A DNA stretch of 32,000 bases, taken from positions 1,359,876 through 1,391,875 of the forward strand of contig NZ_JBHSTI010000008.1 of assembly GCF_042660085.1 (NCBI RefSeq). The letters run 5' to 3'. The notes under the pieces are model-generated. The model ran no database searches, had not been told where the DNA came from, and was given only the letters and a program-made list of their open reading frames with translations. Numbering within the stretch: the stretch's first letter is position 1; each line of letters opens with the position of its first letter. The position numbers and the translations under genes are program-made. The DNA comes from Longivirga aurantiaca. Its GTDB lineage: Bacteria; Actinomycetota; Actinomycetes; S36-B12; CAIYMF01. Positions 28,701 to 32,000 of this stretch are shown one piece after another.

Positions 28701-29725
28701 CGCTTACCAACGACGTCACCGTCTCCAGCGCCACCGACGACCCGGACACGGGCGACAACAGCGACTCGGCGGGCACCGTCGTCACCGCGTCCGCCGACGT
28801 GTCGGTGGTCAAGGGCGGGCCCGCAGCCGTCGCCTCCGGTGGCACGGTGACGTACACGCTCGTTGTCGCGAACGCCGGCCCGAGCGCGGCGCAGGACGTC
28901 GTCCTCACCGACACGCTGCCCTCCGGCGTCACCTTCGTCTCCGCGGACGGCGACCTGTCGTGCACCAACGCGGGCGACGTCACGGTGACCTGCGGCCCGG
29001 CGACGCTGCCAGCGGGTGGCACGGCCACCGTCACCGTGGTGGTGACGGCGCCCGTCGGCGCGGCGACGCTCGTGAACGACGTCGAGGTGCAGACGTCCAC
29101 CGACGACGCCGACCTCGGCAACAACAGCGCGAGCGCCACCACGGTCGTGGGCGCCTCCGCCGATCTGTCGCTCGTGAAGACCGGCCCGGCCGAGGTGGGC
29201 ACCGGCGAGGCGCTCAGCTGGACCCTGCAGGTCGCGAACGCCGGTCCGGACTCCGCTGCCGATGTCGTCGTGGTCGACACGCTCCCCGCGGGCGTCACGT
29301 TCGTCTCCGCCTCCGGGGCCGGCTGGACGTGCAGCAACGACACCGACGTGAGCGTGACCTGCACGCGGCCCACGATCGCGAACGCCGAGACGGTGCCCTC
29401 GATCACCGTGACCGTGCAGGCGCCGCGTCAGGAGGGCGCCGTGGTCAACGAGGCCCGCGTCGGCTCGACGACGGCGGACCCGGCGCCCGGCAACAACGCG
29501 GACGACGCCGAGGTGGCCGTGGTCGCGGTGGAGGAGCCGGGCGGTGGTGGCGGCGGCGGATCCGGTGGCTCCGGTGGCTCCGGCGGCTCGGGAGGTACCG
29601 GTGGCAACGGCGGCAACGGCGGTCTCACCGACACGGGCGTGAACGTGCTCCTCGAGCTGTCCGTTGCGCTCGCGCTGCTCGCGGTGGGCGTGATGCTGGT
29701 CGCCGCCGCCCGTCGCCGCGCCTGA
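25760..29725 (+). CDS. large secreted cell-wall-anchored protein: glycine-rich N-terminal module, six DUF11 repeats, Gly/Ser linker and an LTDTG-type sorting signal
   Basis: 1321 aa from the ATG at 25760, with AGGAGG 6 nt upstream (the track GTG at 25754 abuts the RBS). Signal peptide ending ASA-AG. Six ~123-aa repeats carry the DUF11 signature (ADLSVxKTGPxxVxAGxxxxYTLxVxNAGPSxA...DxLPxG). The C-terminus is LTDTG, a hydrophobic helix and RRRA. Confidence 0.9.
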   Translation: MVSGRAQVAVRRGFGKVRRGIRKAVSATTAALVAASVLVLGLGSPASAAGLCATPGGSGAGGTLTGVVNSYYPGVGAAAAGATSISVGARSGAATPIAAGDMLLVIQMQGASITSTNTDAYGDGVAGAPASGYTALGGSGSYEYVRATSAVSAGAVGIAGLGAGGGLINAYATAAATATAGQRTFQVVRVPQFTTATTSSSLTAAAWNGSVGGVLALDTASTLTLNGTSRVDGLGFRGGVGIQRSGGAGANTDVVRSSSAGNGGTKGEGIAGTPSQTTATNGYPGGDVDRGAPGNGGGGGTDGRPSANDQNTGGGGGGNGGAGGLGGNAWSSAVAAGGYGGVALPGSSTVAFLGGGGGAGTGNNFTAPNSNGAAGGGIVLIRAGAVAGAGSITANGASAGNSTPNDGGGGGGAGGSIVLTSPSGSLAGATLSANGGRGGDAWRTQAGAASAHGPGGGGGGGWILTSSAPTASSVSGGVNGLTTTGNLAFGSLPGAAGQTGTVAPSSIPGVSGGAECADLSITKSGASSAVAGDDISYTLTVANAGPSAAAAVQVVDSLPAGTTFVSSSAPAGWTCTPAGDVSVTCARASLASGASAVITVVVTGPAEAASLTNLAEVSSSTPDPDPSDNTASADTAVTASADLSVAKTGPATAVAGMQIAYSLTAANAGPSTAVDVSVTDTLPTGTTLSSYSAPPGWTCSSLGDVSVTCTRPTLASGGSAVITVVVDGPLEAASLTNGAEVTSTTPDLDPSDNTDSVGTTVTASADLAIVKTGPATVTAGGTVTYGLAVANSGPSTATAVEVTDALPAGVVLTSADGPGWTCTDNGDGTVTCTIPSLASGDSSTITVVVTAPTEAATLTNDAEVSSTTPDPDPSDNTSSADTDVTPSADLSVVKTGPATAVAGGTVSYTVTVANAGPSTATDVEVVDTLPPGTTFESVAAGAAWTCTNDADTSVTCTAPSLAPGASDVITVVVSAPADPATLTNDVTVSSATDDPDTGDNSDSAGTVVTASADVSVVKGGPAAVASGGTVTYTLVVANAGPSAAQDVVLTDTLPSGVTFVSADGDLSCTNAGDVTVTCGPATLPAGGTATVTVVVTAPVGAATLVNDVEVQTSTDDADLGNNSASATTVVGASADLSLVKTGPAEVGTGEALSWTLQVANAGPDSAADVVVVDTLPAGVTFVSASGAGWTCSNDTDVSVTCTRPTIANAETVPSITVTVQAPRQEGAVVNEARVGSTTADPAPGNNADDAEVAVVAVEEPGGGGGGGSGGSGGSGGSGGTGGNGGNGGLTDTGVNVLLELSVALALLAVGVMLVAAARRRA
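27308..29530 (+). repeat. six in-frame tandem DUF11 coding repeats (periods 372, 372, 369, 372 and 366 nt)
   Basis: Repeat starts (GCC/GCG GAC/GAT CTx ...) are at 27308, 27680, 28052, 28421, 28793 and 29159. Each unit holds a conserved C-x9-C pair (WTC...VTC) and ends in a DPDPSDN-like motif. Confidence 0.85.
29540..29623 (+). repeat. Gly/Ser/Asn-rich linker encoded by short tandem GGN-rich repeats
   Basis: Encodes GGGGGGGSGGSGGSGGSGGTGGNGGNGG. The DNA contains consecutive tccggtggc / tccggtggc / tccggcggc and aacggcggc / aacggcggt units. Confidence 0.6.
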
Positions 29726-29789
29726 CCGTCGCGCACGACGCGCGTCGGTGGAGGTTTGGGCGCACCGGGGTGTGGGCATCTCCGCGCCT

Positions 29790-29924
29790 ATGAAGACGAC
29801 GTACGTCGGTGCCGCCCTGCTCACGGCCCCTTTCATGGCGGTCGTGGCCACGGGCATCGCGGTCGGGGCGGCCACCGCGGTAGCCGCCGACGCGCTGGTC
29901 CTCGCCCGGCGCATCAAGCACTGA
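29790..29924 (+). CDS. possible 44-aa hydrophobic micro-protein
   Basis: MKTTYVGAALLTAPFMAVVATGIAVGAATAVAADALVLARRIKH. It is absent from the ORF track (too short), 41/44 codons end in G or C, and no clear SD is present. It competes with the implausible Arg/Gly/His-rich track ORF 29756-29950. Confidence 0.3.
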   Translation: MKTTYVGAALLTAPFMAVVATGIAVGAATAVAADALVLARRIKH

Positions 29925-29954
29925 CACCGGCGCGGCACGCACTAGCGTGACGGC

Positions 29955-30575
29955 ATGACGACGGTGCGGGTAGGGACCATGGCCGACCTCGACGCGGTCG
30001 TCGAGACCGTGGCGCTGGCCTTCGTCGGCGACCCCGCGTGGGACTACATGTGCGGACCGGGCAACGACGTCGCCGCCCGCGCGTTCGCCACCCTGCTGTA
30101 TGTCGGCCGTGCGCGCCGGGGCACCGTGTGGATCGCGGACGACGGTGCTGCGGTGTCGATGTGGGACCGCGTGGACGGCGTCCCCCTCACGGGCATGGAC
30201 GACCTCTGGCACGACTTCGTGGCCGCGGCGGGCCGTGACGTGGTCGATCGCGTCGAGGCCTACGACGCCGCCATCAAGACGCTCAAGCCGTCGGCACCGT
30301 TCTGGTACCTCGGCGTGCTCGCGACGCACCCCGACCACCAGGGCCGCGGGCTCGCGACCGCCGTGCTGGCGCCGGGCCTGGCCAACGCCGATGCCGAGGG
30401 GTGGGACGCGTGGCTGGAGACGTCCAAGCCGGGCAACAAGGACTTCTACGCCGGGCGTGGCTTCACCGACGTGCATCCGGTCGAGATCCCGGACGGGCCG
30501 CCGACCTGGTGGATCAGGCGGCCCGCCCGAGTAGGCCTCGTGCCGCGCCCGGCACCTGTCCGGCCCACGGCGTGA
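29955..30575 (+). CDS. GNAT-family N-acetyltransferase
   Basis: 206 aa. Acetyl-CoA binding motif LATHPDHQGRGLATAVL (Q/RxxGxG/A) and a C-terminal FYAGRGF motif. Confidence 0.88.
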   Translation: MTTVRVGTMADLDAVVETVALAFVGDPAWDYMCGPGNDVAARAFATLLYVGRARRGTVWIADDGAAVSMWDRVDGVPLTGMDDLWHDFVAAAGRDVVDRVEAYDAAIKTLKPSAPFWYLGVLATHPDHQGRGLATAVLAPGLANADAEGWDAWLETSKPGNKDFYAGRGFTDVHPVEIPDGPPTWWIRRPARVGLVPRPAPVRPTA

Positions 30576-30594
30576 GAGCGGCTAGGCTTCGCGC

Positions 30595-30690
30595 ATGGTC
30601 ACCATGCTCATCGTCACCTTCGTCGTGCTGGTCGTCGTCCTCGTCGTCGTGGGGATCCGCATGATGAAGGGCAAGAACATCCGCGGCTGA
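30595..30690 (+). CDS. possible 31-aa single-TM micro-protein with a basic tail
   Basis: MVTMLIVTFVVLVVVLVVVGIRMMKGKNIRG. All 31 codons end in G or C. The stop lies 5 nt from the convergent LigC stop. Not in the ORF track. Confidence 0.35.
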   Translation: MVTMLIVTFVVLVVVLVVVGIRMMKGKNIRG

Positions 30691-30695
30691 CGCCC

Positions 30696-31793
30696 TCAGC
30701 GCGCAAGCACGTCGGCGAGGTCGTACCGCACGGGACGGTCGAGCTGCTCGTAGGTGCACGACTCCGGGGTCCGGTCGGGGCGCCAGCGCTTGAACTGCGT
30801 GGTGTGCCGGAACCGGTCGCCCTCCATCGCGTCGTACCCCACCTCCACCACGAGCTCGGGACGCAGCGGCCGCCAGTCGAGCTCCTTGCCCGAGCTCCAG
30901 CGCGAGACCGCGCCCGGGAGCCGCTGGCCCTCGTGCGCCGCGGCGTCGCGCCACGCCGCCCACGGGTGCACGTCGCCGTCGCCCAGCGCGTACGGCGCGA
31001 GCTCGTCGATCAGCTCGGCACGTCGAGCCATGGTGAAGGTGGCAGAGACCCCCACCGACTGCAACGAGCCGTCCTCGTCGAAGAGACCGAGCATCAGCGA
31101 GCCGACGATCTCCTGGCCCCCGGCGCCCGCCTGCTTGTGCGGCCGCCAGCCTGCGACGACGCAGTCGGCTGTGCGCGCGTGCTTCACCTTGAGCATCACG
31201 CGCTTGTCGGGCTGGTACGTCGAGGCGAGCGGCTTGCAGATGATGCCGTCGAGGCCGGCGCCCTCGAACACCTCGAACCAGCGCCGGCCCTCGTCGGCGT
31301 CCGCGCTGATGCGCGTGAGATGGACGCTGCCGCCGGCTCCTGCGAGCGCAGACTCGAGCGCCGCGCGGCGTACGCCGAAGGGCTCGCCCCTGAGGTCGTC
31401 GTCGCCGAACGCGAGCAGGTCGAAGGCCACGAACGACGCGGGCACCTCGCGCGCGAGCATCTGCACGCGGCTGTCGGCGGGATGGATGCGGGACTGCAGC
31501 GTGCCGAAGTCGAGCCGGTCGCCGGTCACCACGACGATCTCGCCGTCCACGACGCAGCGCTCGGGCAGGGCCGCGCGCAGCGCCTCGACCAGCTCGGGGA
31601 AGTAGCGCGTCATGGGCTTCTCGTTGCGGCTGCCGAGCTCTACCTCGTCGCCGTCCTTGAAGACGATGCAGCGGAAGCCGTCCCACTTGGGTTCGTAGAC
31701 GAGCCCGCCGGCGACCGAGTCGGGCAGCGGCACGCCACCGGTGACCGGCTTGGCCAGCATCGGTCTCACGGGGGGCATCACGGGCAGGCGCAT
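30696..31793 (-). CDS. ligC: ATP-dependent DNA ligase (LigC-type, stand-alone)
   Basis: 365 aa from the ATG at 31793 (MRLPVMPPVRPMLAKP...). Adenylation motif I YEPKWDGFR, nucleotidyltransferase and OB-fold regions. The track start at 31949 is an upstream extension. Confidence 0.92.
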   Translation of the reverse strand: MRLPVMPPVRPMLAKPVTGGVPLPDSVAGGLVYEPKWDGFRCIVFKDGDEVELGSRNEKPMTRYFPELVEALRAALPERCVVDGEIVVVTGDRLDFGTLQSRIHPADSRVQMLAREVPASFVAFDLLAFGDDDLRGEPFGVRRAALESALAGAGGSVHLTRISADADEGRRWFEVFEGAGLDGIICKPLASTYQPDKRVMLKVKHARTADCVVAGWRPHKQAGAGGQEIVGSLMLGLFDEDGSLQSVGVSATFTMARRAELIDELAPYALGDGDVHPWAAWRDAAAHEGQRLPGAVSRWSSGKELDWRPLRPELVVEVGYDAMEGDRFRHTTQFKRWRPDRTPESCTYEQLDRPVRYDLADVLAR

Positions 31794-31812
31794 CGCCCCA
31801 TCCTGCCCTCGA

Positions 31813-32000
31813 TCAGCCGGACGTGTACCTGAAGAACAACGTGCCATGGTCATCGAGCACGTGCACGAGGGAGAGCGGGCGCGGGGCGTCGGGAAGCGGC
31901 GCCCCGGCGAGGATGCGCGGTATCTCCGGGCCGTCGGCGTAGGAGCCACCGGCGAGCACCGGCGACACGGTGAGCAGGAGCTCGTCCAGCAGGTCAGCGG
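31813..32000 (-). CDS. C-terminal fragment of a RibD_C / dihydrofolate-reductase-like (pyrimidine reductase family) protein; gene continues beyond the window
   Basis: The minus-strand translation ...ADLLDELLLTVSPVLAGGSYADGPEIPRILAGAPLPDAPRPLSLVHVLDDHGTLFFRYTSG* matches the typical RibD C-terminal domain end. Confidence 0.6.
   Translation of the reverse strand, partial: ADLLDELLLTVSPVLAGGSYADGPEIPRILAGAPLPDAPRPLSLVHVLDDHGTLFFRYTSG

Noticed and set aside
27308-29530. Regular ~370-nt periodicity that could suggest a repeat array or CRISPR-like locus
   Set aside because: The period is far too long for CRISPR and the units are divergent and in frame. They encode DUF11 protein repeats inside one continuous CDS.
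29756-29950. 64-aa ORF from the track (MGAPGCGHLRAYEDD...RGHGHRGRGGHRGSRRR)
   Set aside because: It is an Arg/Gly/His-rich shadow. The alternative frame, a 44-aa hydrophobic peptide at 29790-29924, has far better codon bias, although it remains low confidence itself.

Overview
High-GC, Actinomycetota-type chromosomal window; calls rest on manual motif reading and remembered synteny, with no database search. About 1-22.5 kb is conserved core, mostly tightly packed: dxs, a hypothetical gene, fadB/fadA, a heterodimeric ABC exporter pair, an AlkD-like alkylation repair gene, an FTR1 iron permease with a cupredoxin-like lipoprotein, RNase D, an atypical LuxR-type response regulator, DUF3000, hemE, DUF4349, hemY, hemQ/chdC, a MOSC gene, msrB and a stand-alone LigD-type primase-polymerase. 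About 22.5-30.7 kb looks accessory. It holds (1) a roughly 2.3 kb decayed integrative element in the 3' end of the Prim-Pol gene, bracketed by imperfect 40-nt direct repeats, carrying a frameshifted, truncated tyrosine-recombinase gene and two paralogous 2-TM proteins of unknown function. (2) A divergent lipoprotein gene. (3) A 1321-aa secreted wall-anchored protein with a glycine-rich N-terminal module, six DUF11 repeats, a Gly/Ser linker and a non-canonical LTDTG sorting signal. (4) A GNAT acetyltransferase flanked by two unannotated hydrophobic micro-ORFs. The window ends with a LigC-type ATP-dependent DNA ligase and a partial RibD_C-like gene. The best novelty candidates are the two-gene membrane-protein cargo of the dead element and the glycine-rich module of the surface protein. 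Candidate regulatory sites: phased pseudo-palindromes upstream of fadAB, an iron-box-like site upstream of the FTR1 gene, and a FliA/WhiG-type promoter upstream of the atypical regulator. Many long ORFs in the track are antisense or out-of-frame shadows typical of high-GC DNA and were rejected.
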